Shown here piece after piece: positions 18,350-27,039 of a DNA stretch of 33,119 nucleotides (position 1 is the first letter of the stretch; every line of letters begins with the position of its first letter). The position numbers and the translations under genes were made by a program. Under the pieces are notes generated by a model, which was given only the letters and a program-made list of their open reading frames with translations, searched no databases and had not been told where the DNA came from. The DNA is from Prolixibacteraceae bacterium (lineage in GTDB: Bacteria > Bacteroidota > Bacteroidia > Bacteroidales > Prolixibacteraceae): the NCBI GenBank assembly GCA_003450125.1, contig DMFR01000329.1, positions 36,128-69,246 of the forward strand. Direction: 5' to 3'.

Positions 18350-18613
18350 TTACGACTTTTTTAAGAATTTAAACTTTTGTATGAAGCTATTCAAATATTT
18401 TATGTTGTCAACCATCTCCTCAAGACGTATGGGATCGGTTTCATCCAAGCCATCAATCAAAATAGAAATCGTATTATTGATTTTCTCATGCACTTCGTTC
18501 AGGTAACCATTGTTATCTGTCTGTAACGATAAAATAAATCCAATTGCACTATCTGTTAGTACTACGCCATTTATAATGGTACAGTTCCCTGCTTTTTGTT
18601 CCTCTTTTTTCAT
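18350..18613 (-). CDS. Hypothetical protein
   Basis: ATG-started 87-aa ORF downstream of KilA-N, with an A-rich leader. Confidence 0.65.
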   Translation of the reverse strand: MKKEEQKAGNCTIINGVVLTDSAIGFILSLQTDNNGYLNEVHEKINNTISILIDGLDETDPIRLEEMVDNIKYLNSFIQKFKFLKKS

Positions 18614-18693
18614 ACTTTTGTGATGTTAATGTCATGTTAATGAATCCCCCGGCAGGCTGTGTCACCAGCTTGAGAACCGGGGGATTGTTGTTT

Positions 18694-19395
18694 TTAATCT
18701 TTTACCGCCCCCATTTCATTTTCGGTGAAAATCAAAATCTGTATTTCTTTTATTCGTTCAGTCGTAATGCTGCTTCGATTGTGTTGCTCTTGTTTTAACT
18801 CGGTATCTAACATTAAATATTCACTGAAATCTTCACCCGTTCTATTTTCCTTGTCCTTCAATTCTTTCATACGATCCTTTATTTCCAAAGTGCGTTTAAA
18901 TGAAAGATCGCGTTTCCGGGCAAAGCCAAATACAATTTCATCAATGGTTTGTACTACCCACAAATTAAAATACGGATCTAGCCACATAGCAAAATCAATT
19001 GCCAGGTAACGATGAATCCAAGTTCCGGAATTTCGGCCACCTTTTACCACCTTCAAAATGTTTTCAGAAAATCTTACAATAGTTTCAAGAGGCGAATGCT
19101 CCCCTTGAACTTCTAAATTTTCATCATTTTCAACCTCCATTTTTTCAGTTTCAAAGGGGGAATTCCCCCTTTGAACTTCTAAATTTTGGTCTTTTTCGAT
19201 ACTCGTTTTTGCGTTTCCAAATTCGATTTCTAATACTTTTAAATATTCAATAGTTTTTTTGTTACCCAAATACTCTTTAGTTTGCTTACCAAAAATATTT
19301 GCCATTTCGGTAGCATTAACCATACACTCTTTTTCCTGTAAAAAAGGATCAAACGACACTGGAAGTTGTCCCTTAAATTTTTTGATTACGATCAT
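18694..19395 (-). CDS. KilA-N domain DNA-binding protein (antirepressor-like)
   Basis: MVNATEMANIFGK and GTWIHRYLAIDFAMWLDP are KilA-N signature segments; C-terminal coiled coil. Confidence 0.88.
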   Translation of the reverse strand: MIVIKKFKGQLPVSFDPFLQEKECMVNATEMANIFGKQTKEYLGNKKTIEYLKVLEIEFGNAKTSIEKDQNLEVQRGNSPFETEKMEVENDENLEVQGEHSPLETIVRFSENILKVVKGGRNSGTWIHRYLAIDFAMWLDPYFNLWVVQTIDEIVFGFARKRDLSFKRTLEIKDRMKELKDKENRTGEDFSEYLMLDTELKQEQHNRSSITTERIKEIQILIFTENEMGAVKD

Positions 19396-19609
19396 CTGTT
19401 TTTTTATTAAGGTTTAAAACACCATTTTCTTTAAAAGCATTCATCAATTGCAGTCCCAATTCTTTTTTTGACTCTGGAAAACGCGGATCAAATATTACCC
19501 GTTGTAAGTTTTCAATTGTCATTGATGGAGCAATATCACCATTTAGTTCACTCGTTAATCCTTCTTTCATGAATTCAGCAACAATTTCCTGATCTGTCCA
19601 TTCTTTCAT
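19373..19609 (-). CDS. Hypothetical protein
   Basis: First ORF after the minus-strand -7 box; overlaps the KilA-N start. Confidence 0.6.
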   Translation of the reverse strand: MKEWTDQEIVAEFMKEGLTSELNGDIAPSMTIENLQRVIFDPRFPESKKELGLQLMNAFKENGVLNLNKKTDDRNQKI

Positions 19610-19636
19610 ATTTAATTGTTTTAATTATTGATGATG

Positions 19637-19734
19637 CAAATATAAATAATATTCTATCATATATACAATGAATATCTAATAAATATTTATCTTATATTCA
19701 AATGTATTTATTATTACTTTTTTTATTACTTTTG
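19637..19734. promoter_or_regulatory. Divergent Bacteroidota promoter pair
   Basis: TATATTTG on the minus strand (19644-19637) and TACTTTTG on the plus strand (19727-19734), in an AT-rich spacer. Confidence 0.7.
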
Positions 19735-19758
19735 CATTACAAAGAAATACATCGAGAT

Positions 19759-19917
19759 ATGGTAAAGGAAGCTACAAGCCTAAAATTAGACAAAGAAGTA
19801 TTTGAACAAGTGAAGGATCATGCTAAAAAGGAAAATCGAACAATGGCAAACTTCATTGAAACTGTTCTGATTAAGTACATGAAGGAGCAAGAAGAAACAA
19901 AGAAACCCGCTGATTAA
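19759..19917 (+). CDS. Ribbon-helix-helix (Arc/CopG-like) transcriptional regulator; start reassigned to 19759
   Basis: ATSLKLDKEVFEQVKDHAKKENRTMANFIETVL is a classic RHH pattern. Confidence 0.82.
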   Translation: MVKEATSLKLDKEVFEQVKDHAKKENRTMANFIETVLIKYMKEQEETKKPAD

Positions 19918-20024
19918 GCGGGTTTTTCTTTTTCCAACTATGGTGCTGAACACCATAGTTCAGTTGTGGGGCTGAGCACCACAACTGACAACAATAAAAA
20001 AACCCGCTGATTAAGCGGGTTTTT
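19903..20024. terminator. Duplicated bidirectional terminator flanking two tandem palindromes
   Basis: AAACCCGCTGATTAAGCGGGTTTTT at 19903-19927 and 20000-20024, between convergent genes. Confidence 0.8.
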
Positions 20025-20051
20025 TGTTTATATTAGTTACAAAAACAATAA

Positions 20052-20585
20052 TCACCAGTTATCTGTACTTGTCTTTTTCAGTTTTTCTGAAATATTTTTA
20101 AGTAAATCATCCCACGTCTTTATTAATGTTGGAAGAGTATTGCGCCGCATTTTTTCATTATACTTCATAACCCCCTTACAATCATTCAAAACACATTCCA
20201 TGGGTACTATCACACCCCCAGGATAATCGAGGATTAGATTCGAAAAACAAATTTTTATACGTTCGTCTTTAAACTGAAATTTAAGCGAATGGTCTAAAAT
20301 TACATCGTAGTTCGTTCCCAACGCCCTGGCTCGTGAAAACAATAAACTGCCTTTTACAACAATAAATAAAGCTTCATCGTCCGAAGCATCAATTACACCT
20401 TTCCCCGAATTGTAAATTTCTGAAATCATTAATTTAACATCTGAATACAATTCTTTTGCGCTTTTACCCTTGATTTCAAGTACGTTTTCAAATTGAACCC
20501 TGCCATCAACCAATGGCACAGTAGGCAATTCTTGGGCAATGGATAATATTGGAAGAAATGCAAATAAAATTAAAAGTTTTTTCAT
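20052..20585 (-). CDS. Secreted DUF4468-like protein
   Basis: Signal peptide MKKLLILFAFLPILSIAQ; KSAKELY...YNSGKGVIDASD...IVVKG pattern; TSTDNW terminus typical of this Bacteroidota family. Confidence 0.7.
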   Translation of the reverse strand: MKKLLILFAFLPILSIAQELPTVPLVDGRVQFENVLEIKGKSAKELYSDVKLMISEIYNSGKGVIDASDDEALFIVVKGSLLFSRARALGTNYDVILDHSLKFQFKDERIKICFSNLILDYPGGVIVPMECVLNDCKGVMKYNEKMRRNTLPTLIKTWDDLLKNISEKLKKTSTDNW

Positions 20586-20677
20586 TGGTTTTCATTTTAT
20601 AAGTTTATATTAATGTAATCATGTAAACAAGTAATCATGTAATCTTATTAATCATTTTAATCAAAAAAATCAGCGGT

Positions 20678-21061
20678 TCATTTTTTCTTCCTGAATTCCC
20701 CCAATATCCACACCACATCTCGCTTCTGCCTATGCTCTTCACACAACCATTCGATCATGGCCCGTAAATAACTCGCAAGGTTTGTCCTGTAATACGATGC
20801 CAGCCTCCTTGCCTCATAAGCCACATCTGCATCATACGCGTAATTCACATTCACCTTTCCCCTACGCTCAAAATCCTTTTTAGGGAAAATCAATGGTGCT
20901 GGCTCACCTCTTTTGATACGATCCGTCCATGCACGGAAAAAGTCAGCCAGGAATACCCTAACCGACTTCGCATTAAGTTCCGCCACAATCAGTTCCAACT
21001 CCAACTTATCCTTATCCTCAATATATAATTCCTTTGATATTCTTGTCAATTCTGTTGCCAT
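20678..21061 (-). CDS. Hypothetical DNA-binding protein, possibly tandem RHH
   Basis: VNVNYAYDADVAYEARRLASYYRTNLASYLRAMIE fits an RHH; the N-terminal half shows a weaker similar pattern. Confidence 0.55.
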   Translation of the reverse strand: MATELTRISKELYIEDKDKLELELIVAELNAKSVRVFLADFFRAWTDRIKRGEPAPLIFPKKDFERRGKVNVNYAYDADVAYEARRLASYYRTNLASYLRAMIEWLCEEHRQKRDVVWILGEFRKKK

Positions 21062-21086
21062 ATTTTTATTTTATAAGTTACGGGAG

Positions 21087-21108
21087 CGGCGGTTTTTAAC
21101 CGCCTTTT
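21087..21108. terminator. Possible terminator hairpin GGCGGTT/AACCGCC
   Basis: 7-bp GC-rich stem in an intergenic gap. Confidence 0.4.
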
Positions 21109-21160
21109 AAATACCATAAAAAATTCCTTAACAACCTTCAGTTTCGATTGATAGTTGAAA

Positions 21161-21364
21161 CTAAATGGTTTGTAAAAGTTCAACCATTTCTGTCGAGTAC
21201 CTAAAACATCGCTTGTCAATTTCCAGACATTTATAGGCAGCGAATCCAATGATCGTTGAATAACCTTCAAAAATCATGTGTGGCGTAAGCTCCACATTGC
21301 CGTATTTTTCACCAACTTTCAATCCATCTTTTAATTTTACTTTATCTCCAACTTTTAAAATCAT
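21161..21364 (-). CDS. Small phage hypothetical protein (SH3/KOW-like N-terminus)
   Basis: LKVGDKVKLK start is typical of small phage proteins. Confidence 0.65.
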   Translation of the reverse strand: MILKVGDKVKLKDGLKVGEKYGNVELTPHMIFEGYSTIIGFAAYKCLEIDKRCFRYSTEMVELLQTI

Positions 21365-21413
21365 AGCTTTCAGTTGTTTAAGTATTTATATAACGCATTC
21401 TAGGTGAAACAAG

Positions 21414-21848
21414 TCAGTATATCTTAAAGCCTTTGGATTTTTCTGCAAACTCAGCAAACTTCTTTACTTCGTCTAAAAACCTTTGGCCGGTCTCAGGAAG
21501 ATAAAGAGGTCGATTACCTTTCCAACTCTCAGCGAATTTTTTCTTAAACTCTCTGTCTTCTTCGGTCATTTCCTGCCATTCTTTGTTTATAAATTCCTTT
21601 ACAGAAATAAAGCCTCTGGCAACCATAGCCATCGCTTTAGCCTGAGTTGCAGAGACTTTATATTTATCATTTGAAGCAGGAGATCCCCCATTTTTTGCAG
21701 GCGTAAAAACATAAGTTGCAGGGGTTCGTCCAGCGCCATATCCTAAGATATAACCCATTCCTGTCTCTTGTAGAATGATTGGCCATGAGAATGCGCCCAT
21801 ACTTATTTCTTCTAATTCTTTATTTGCTGGTACTAAATCGTAGCTCAT
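21414..21848 (-). CDS. Hypothetical protein
   Basis: 144-aa ORF with an A-rich leader, in a co-oriented cluster. Confidence 0.75.
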   Translation of the reverse strand: MSYDLVPANKELEEISMGAFSWPIILQETGMGYILGYGAGRTPATYVFTPAKNGGSPASNDKYKVSATQAKAMAMVARGFISVKEFINKEWQEMTEEDREFKKKFAESWKGNRPLYLPETGQRFLDEVKKFAEFAEKSKGFKIY

Positions 21849-21906
21849 TTAATTTGTTTTAAGTGTTTGTAAAAGCGGTTCGACTCGGTCACATTAGCTT
21901 GGTTTC

Positions 21907-22158
21907 TTAGCTTGATACATAGTAAATACCTAACCTTCTATCCTTTGCTTGTCGTAAAATTTCTTTTACAGCCATATTGAAACCATCAGGCTCACAAAAC
22001 TCAATGATGGTTGAACCATTATCTGTAACTCCCCTACCACTCCAACCAACTGATATTTGATATTGTCCATCACATCCATCCGTTCTGTAATGTTCAACAT
22101 CCTCAGGTATTAAGCCATAGGACTTAATCAATAATTCTAAAAATTGCTTCTTATTCAT
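21907..22158 (-). CDS. Hypothetical protein
   Basis: ATG-started ORF in a co-oriented cluster. Confidence 0.65.
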   Translation of the reverse strand: MNKKQFLELLIKSYGLIPEDVEHYRTDGCDGQYQISVGWSGRGVTDNGSTIIEFCEPDGFNMAVKEILRQAKDRRLGIYYVSS

Positions 22159-22183
22159 AATATCTTATTTAAAAGTGTTTAGT

Positions 22184-22366
22184 TCACATCGGTTCATTTA
22201 TTCTCCTAAGTACTTCTTTGATAGATACTGCTACCTCATATTCTTCATCTTCTATTGCAGTATTTAGCAGTTCCTTTATTTCAGTTTCAGAAACATTACC
22301 TTCTATAAATAGATGATGTAATGATTCTGTGTTTTCTTTGATTGTATCTATAATTGTCATATTCAA
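22184..22366 (-). CDS. Small protein with a UVR (UvrB/C) coiled-coil-like motif; start may be ATG at 22360
   Basis: LLNTAIEDEEYEVAVSIKEVL matches the UVR motif pattern (A-I-x-x-E-x-Y-E-x-A-x-x-I). Confidence 0.55.
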   Translation of the reverse strand: MNMTIIDTIKENTESLHHLFIEGNVSETEIKELLNTAIEDEEYEVAVSIKEVLRRINEPM

Positions 22367-22491
22367 TTATTTAAGTTTCGTTGTATTGATGAAACAAGGG
22401 CGTTAAAGTCCTTCACCTCCTTAACGCCCTTATTCCTCCACAAACATACGCAAACAAACAAAACAAACAAAACAATAGCAACAACTTTTTT

Positions 22492-22950
22492 TTATAACCC
22501 CGAAGTTGTATAATCAAACAGCAAGCTCCAGCCAATATTACCAAGTAAATTAAATTCCGGATCCTCATTTCGTTTCCCAAAATCAGCATCTTGCAACATC
22601 TCATAAAACGCTGAACTTTGATCGGTCATCTGCTTCCTGATAAAATCCTTAAACTCTCCCATGGCTTGCTGAGTCAGTATCCATAGAGCCGTTCGTTCGC
22701 TCCTGGTAAGCTTCTCCTTTATAGGTGCAAGAACAAAAAATAATCCCGCGTTACTCTCCGCATAATTATCCGCATTCTTATCATCGCCCGTAGAAGATGG
22801 CAGCACACATAGAAGCAATGGCCATGCTTTTACTCCCGCCAATTGGGAATTAAAATCCGCCTCATTCACAATCAGCAGATGATCTTTTAAATGCTCACAG
22901 CCTACTACCGCTGCCGCTCCAAATTCCTCCAATTTCGCTATCTCAACCAT
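22492..22950 (-). CDS. Phage structural protein (tail-terminator-like)
   Basis: Position in the morphogenesis module; WPLLLCVLPS and DPEFNLLGNIGWSLLF ending. Confidence 0.6.
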   Translation of the reverse strand: MVEIAKLEEFGAAAVVGCEHLKDHLLIVNEADFNSQLAGVKAWPLLLCVLPSSTGDDKNADNYAESNAGLFFVLAPIKEKLTRSERTALWILTQQAMGEFKDFIRKQMTDQSSAFYEMLQDADFGKRNEDPEFNLLGNIGWSLLFDYTTSGL

Positions 22951-22974
22951 CTTCTTTTATTTAATATTATTTAC

Positions 22975-23000
22975 GTACGGGCAAACCTATGTGTTTGCCC
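22975..23000 (+). repeat. REP-like palindrome, copy 4
   Basis: GTACGGGCAAACCTATGTGTTTGCCC. Confidence 0.8.
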
Positions 23001-23041
23001 TTTTCCCCATTATTCACTCTAAATACTTTAGGCACTTTCCC

Positions 23042-23983
23042 CTACTTCATCTTCCGCTCCATCTCTCTTCTCTGTACCTCCAGCTGATAAAGTCTAATCA
23101 GCACATCCCATACATTCGCACTTGAAGTCTTGTCAATATCTCCAAATACTCCGCTTTCAGCCAGCGCCATAATCACGCCCGTAAGTCCAATACCATCATC
23201 TCCCTGCTCATCATCATCATATAGCCCCTCCGATTTCTTGGATGGTCGACTGAATACAAGCGAAAACTTGCAATTCTTGCCATCAATCTCGATGCCCTGT
23301 CCTCCACCATCTGTTTTTAGGGTATAAACACAACCCATAATGTACTGGAAAAACATGTATTTAACTCCAATTGGTACCGAATCAAACCGCTTTTCTATAT
23401 AATCTGTCGCACCAGGCATGTACTTTCTGCGCGTTCTACCATTAAATGATGACAATAAACGGACAAATCCGAGCATGAAACGCCGTTTTCGGTACGCTAT
23501 GGCCATCATTCGTGTCAACCAGTACTCATCTTTGGTATGTATGAACTTGTCCGCGCAAAACAGCAGGTCTTTATACTCTCCAAAACTCATTTCTCCCAGG
23601 AACTCACCCGGACCATAATACTTAAACCCGCGAATCCTGATCACCGGAATAAGGTTCTTGACAAATTCAGGAATCACCTCGTACCTGTCAGGAAGATCCT
23701 TCTCTTTGGTAATCTTGAAAAAGAAATTCACTGTATCGGCCAGCTGTCCTTCATTGCCCCACATATCCAAGGCGCTGAACCCTTCAGTTGGAACTTTAAT
23801 GGTATTCCTACGGTTTATAAACCGATCCACGGCCAGCTTCCGGAACATGTCCACATCCAGCGCACCGGTTTCAAGCATGTACAACAACTTACCAATATAC
23901 GGCGCATCCTTTGCGCTGATCTCTTCCCAACTCCCCGCATACTCCTTGTAAATATCCCGCTGTGGTATCTGTAATGTATTCAT
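23042..23983 (-). CDS. Conserved phage morphogenesis protein (possible tail assembly chaperone)
   Basis: SWEEIS, MSFGEY and LAESGVFGDI...NVWDVL motifs; located between the head-tail genes. Confidence 0.65.
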   Translation of the reverse strand: MNTLQIPQRDIYKEYAGSWEEISAKDAPYIGKLLYMLETGALDVDMFRKLAVDRFINRRNTIKVPTEGFSALDMWGNEGQLADTVNFFFKITKEKDLPDRYEVIPEFVKNLIPVIRIRGFKYYGPGEFLGEMSFGEYKDLLFCADKFIHTKDEYWLTRMMAIAYRKRRFMLGFVRLLSSFNGRTRRKYMPGATDYIEKRFDSVPIGVKYMFFQYIMGCVYTLKTDGGGQGIEIDGKNCKFSLVFSRPSKKSEGLYDDDEQGDDGIGLTGVIMALAESGVFGDIDKTSSANVWDVLIRLYQLEVQRREMERKMK

Positions 23984-23984
23984 G

Positions 23985-24033
23985 GTTTACCTGTTTACTT
24001 GTTTACATGTCATCCCGAACTCGTTTCGGGATC
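23985..24033 (+). repeat. GTTTACnn x3 followed by GTCATCCCGAAC-type REP, copy 3 (24009-24033)
   Basis: Units at 23985, 23993 and 24001, then GTCATCCCGAACTCGTTTCGGGATC. Confidence 0.75.
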
Positions 24034-24128
24034 TCCTGTTTAATATCGTTATACTCTTTACTGACCTTAAGCTCCTTAAAGTCTTTTTTAAAATCACTTT
24101 AATCTCAATTAATCTGCTTAATCTGCGG

Positions 24129-25172
24129 TTACACCCTTGCAAATAAATTACTCGCATCCATCCGCTCCGCAATATCCACAATCGACACTTCAGTGATCGC
24201 TTCCCCGCTCGTTACAGCTGCTCTTTTTGCCAGCTCAGTTTCAAGGTTGACAAGTGATTTCATGCCCTGGTCCTCGATGTCTTTAATCAACTTTTCGCGC
24301 AAAACCAAAGCAGCTGCTCCGTTACCAGCATTCCAAAACTGTCGCGTCATATTTTCAGGGAATAACTGTGTAGGAAATTTAATGAAGGCTTCCGATAGTG
24401 CAAGCTCTGCAATGGGATAACATACCAGGTCATACAACTGCCGGTCTGCCGCTTCTGAAATTACGTTGGACTTAACTTTGGTGAGTAGTGCCTGGTAAGC
24501 GGTTGCTCCTAATCGCGGCAATATATGATCCAGCTGAACCTTCCGGATCATGGGCATGAGCATCAAAAATACCCTACGGTTTCGCTCGATGGGAAAGTAA
24601 CGCTCATAGATGTCAGCATTCCAGATCAGCAGCTCCCGGCTTTCTTTGTAGGCTTCTGAGCTAACCCATTCTGAAAATTTCTTATCATCCACAAACTTGA
24701 TCAACCGGTCCATGGCTTTCAATCCCTTGCGCTGAAGGGCAAGATCATCCTGCTCAATCAATTTTAAGTTCAGCGCATCCGAATCTTTATCCGAACGCGA
24801 TACCCTGCCGGTACCCGTATGTGTTGCATCGCTGTTCTGTGCATAATCCCTGTAGGCCATCAGCGTTACAGCCATCTGGATCCGGCTGATCAACTCAGCC
24901 ACATCTTCAACGCTGGATCCGTCACCACTGCCCGAAGCTTCCACATCCGATCCATCACCACTGCCCGACGCTTCGGGTGCCGGTTCTGGCAAATGATATT
25001 GAGTAATCGCTTTTTCAAGCAATGCATCACCAATATACTTGGCCACTTCTTCCTGTGCCACGATAATGTCAGAAGTAAAATCTGCAAAATCGATGGTACC
25101 TGGGATCTTTGAAAAAAATCCCTGCATTTCTTTAATGCCTTCTTCTCCCGTTTTATTGAATATGATTTTCAT
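24129..25172 (-). CDS. DUF6712-like phage protein (putative head-tail adaptor)
   Basis: Directly downstream of the portal-like gene; helical, with a two-repeat organisation (YIGDALL / RLGATAY). Confidence 0.6.
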   Translation of the reverse strand: MKIIFNKTGEEGIKEMQGFFSKIPGTIDFADFTSDIIVAQEEVAKYIGDALLEKAITQYHLPEPAPEASGSGDGSDVEASGSGDGSSVEDVAELISRIQMAVTLMAYRDYAQNSDATHTGTGRVSRSDKDSDALNLKLIEQDDLALQRKGLKAMDRLIKFVDDKKFSEWVSSEAYKESRELLIWNADIYERYFPIERNRRVFLMLMPMIRKVQLDHILPRLGATAYQALLTKVKSNVISEAADRQLYDLVCYPIAELALSEAFIKFPTQLFPENMTRQFWNAGNGAAALVLREKLIKDIEDQGMKSLVNLETELAKRAAVTSGEAITEVSIVDIAERMDASNLFARV

Positions 25173-25192
25173 AGCTTGAATTAACTTATAGG

Positions 25193-26584
25193 TTAACTTT
25201 CATTATTGGTGGTCCGCTGTGCAGATGCCAAATCTTCTTCTCTTTTTACAATGTCATGGTATAACCCGAACTCTCCTGGTATATTGGGAAATCTCATTCG
25301 CTTCCACATATTGAGCGCCTTCAATGCCTTCATCCCGATGACGGGCGTTTCTGTGGCAATAAAGAGTTTATAGTCATATAACTTTTCACTTCCGCTGGCC
25401 AGCTTCCCGTCCACAATAATGTTGGCCAAACTTGGCGCCAATCCTGCTCCGGAAGTAATCGCGCTGTCTGCCCTTTTGGAGATCTGAATTTGCGCTTCTG
25501 TAAAATCTTTCACCTTCATGTCAATGGCAATCAGCTCCCACTTCATCACTTCCGCACGGCCAACTCCAAGTTCTACCTGTACCGCTTCCGAATGGAAAAA
25601 CTTACCCACGTTCTCAATGCCTGATAATACCTTACTCAGTCCGGTTAGAATCTTATCTTTCAGTTCCTCCAACATTTCTTCCTTGTAAAACTGGTTTAAC
25701 TGTTTACAATTTTCTATCAGGATAGTACGCTTGGCATCCCAATAAGACTGCGGCGAAATAATGTGCCATTTGATATTTAATCCGTTATCCGTTTGGCTTT
25801 TCAAAATGTCGGGCGCCACGTTGCTACGCTGCATCCACTTCCTCGCTCCATGATACCCAGGCCGCACAAAATCAACCTGACTTCTACCCGGCTGGTACAA
25901 TGCTTCGTAATGAATGGAGGTCGTTTGGTTAATCCCTTTCAATGGATCAAACATTGGGTAGCGTTCCATGATTTCCGGATCTCCGTTTCTCCAATCGGCC
26001 ACGAACACATTATTAATGCGTCCCCGATCATCTGGCCACTCCCTGCGGCAATCTGCCAATGGCATGTGTTTCAGACCTACCGCTTTGGCATCCCTTCCAA
26101 TACGTGCCCCACGATTAGCGATCATCATGGTGTAATACTCCCGCTTGAAAATGATATCCATCAATACATTAATAATGTACTCCGGGTAATCCCATAGTTC
26201 CAACTCCTTACCAATAGTATCATCCCAAAACCAATCTACAATCCGTTTGCCTTGTTCAAACTTGATATTGTACATGGCCAACCCTTGCCCGTATTGTAAT
26301 CCACGCTGACGGGTTAAGATACCTTCTGTAAGATTATTGTCATCAATAAGTTGTCTAAGCTGGTAAGGAAACTTGTTGTCATCCCCCTCTGTTATAATCT
26401 TAAATCCCCCATTGATAGTCATAGGCTCCGGCCTTACAATCGTGCTGGCCGTGTTTACAACATTGTTGGTTTCCCCGTAGCTGCTTCCCTTGACCGAAAA
26501 ATAATAGGCCACGTTCGACAAATCTACCAGCGAATTACTCCCCTCGTGATAAGTTCTCATATTCAGGTATTGTTTTAAATCCAT
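25193..26584 (-). CDS. Putative portal protein
   Basis: 463 aa with GDDNKFP, LQYGQG, LSGIENVGKFF, SAITSGAGLAPSL and SGSEKLY motifs resembling Bacteroidota phage portals; position at the head of the structural operon. Confidence 0.72.
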   Translation of the reverse strand: MDLKQYLNMRTYHEGSNSLVDLSNVAYYFSVKGSSYGETNNVVNTASTIVRPEPMTINGGFKIITEGDDNKFPYQLRQLIDDNNLTEGILTRQRGLQYGQGLAMYNIKFEQGKRIVDWFWDDTIGKELELWDYPEYIINVLMDIIFKREYYTMMIANRGARIGRDAKAVGLKHMPLADCRREWPDDRGRINNVFVADWRNGDPEIMERYPMFDPLKGINQTTSIHYEALYQPGRSQVDFVRPGYHGARKWMQRSNVAPDILKSQTDNGLNIKWHIISPQSYWDAKRTILIENCKQLNQFYKEEMLEELKDKILTGLSKVLSGIENVGKFFHSEAVQVELGVGRAEVMKWELIAIDMKVKDFTEAQIQISKRADSAITSGAGLAPSLANIIVDGKLASGSEKLYDYKLFIATETPVIGMKALKALNMWKRMRFPNIPGEFGLYHDIVKREEDLASAQRTTNNES

Positions 26585-26843
26585 TAAATTCCATCAGCAA
26601 TATTTGGTAGAACTGCCTGGGAAGATTGAGCTCCCGGTCCATATAGTTCAGCATGTGATCCGCATTCCTGTTTTCATCGCTTGGTGTCTGTGCCCGGAGG
26701 ATTGCCCGGTCCACTCTAACCATGCCCGTGCTCTTCTGGCGTCCCCTATCATAGCTCATGTAAACAATTGAGAATGTTTTCATTTCAGCGGATAATTGCC
26801 GCATCTCCCGGATCGCTTCCCATATCGTAACTGTTCGTTCCAT
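26535..26843 (-). CDS. Conserved phage protein preceding the portal
   Basis: First gene after a late promoter; C-terminal LLMEFNG motif. Confidence 0.7.
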   Translation of the reverse strand: MERTVTIWEAIREMRQLSAEMKTFSIVYMSYDRGRQKSTGMVRVDRAILRAQTPSDENRNADHMLNYMDRELNLPRQFYQILLMEFNGFKTIPEYENLSRGE

Positions 26844-26847
26844 TACC

Positions 26848-26883
26848 CAATATTAATGCCTGTAAAATCAATTATAAAGGACA
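26848..26883 (-). promoter_or_regulatory. Putative phage late promoter (TGTCCTTT-N20-TAATATTG)
   Basis: Same architecture, 4 nt upstream of the ATG at 26843. Confidence 0.72.
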
Positions 26884-27039
26884 ACTTTTATACGTCACTT
26901 ATACCAATATAATGGCTCAACATCTTTCACAAATACCCCAACATTGAACTATCATATCAAAATCATTTCCCGTCAATCCTCTGAATATCTACTTTTAAGC
27001 CTTCCAAATTCAAAACGATTTTCAATCTTCACAAATGAT

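Noticed and set aside
21875..21890. GGTTCGACTC T-loop-like sequence
   Set aside because: No flanking stem of adequate length, and it is on the non-transcribed strand.
9791..26843. Tailocin or contractile injection system
   Set aside because: A portal-like gene and a replicon are present, and no sheath protein is recognisable.
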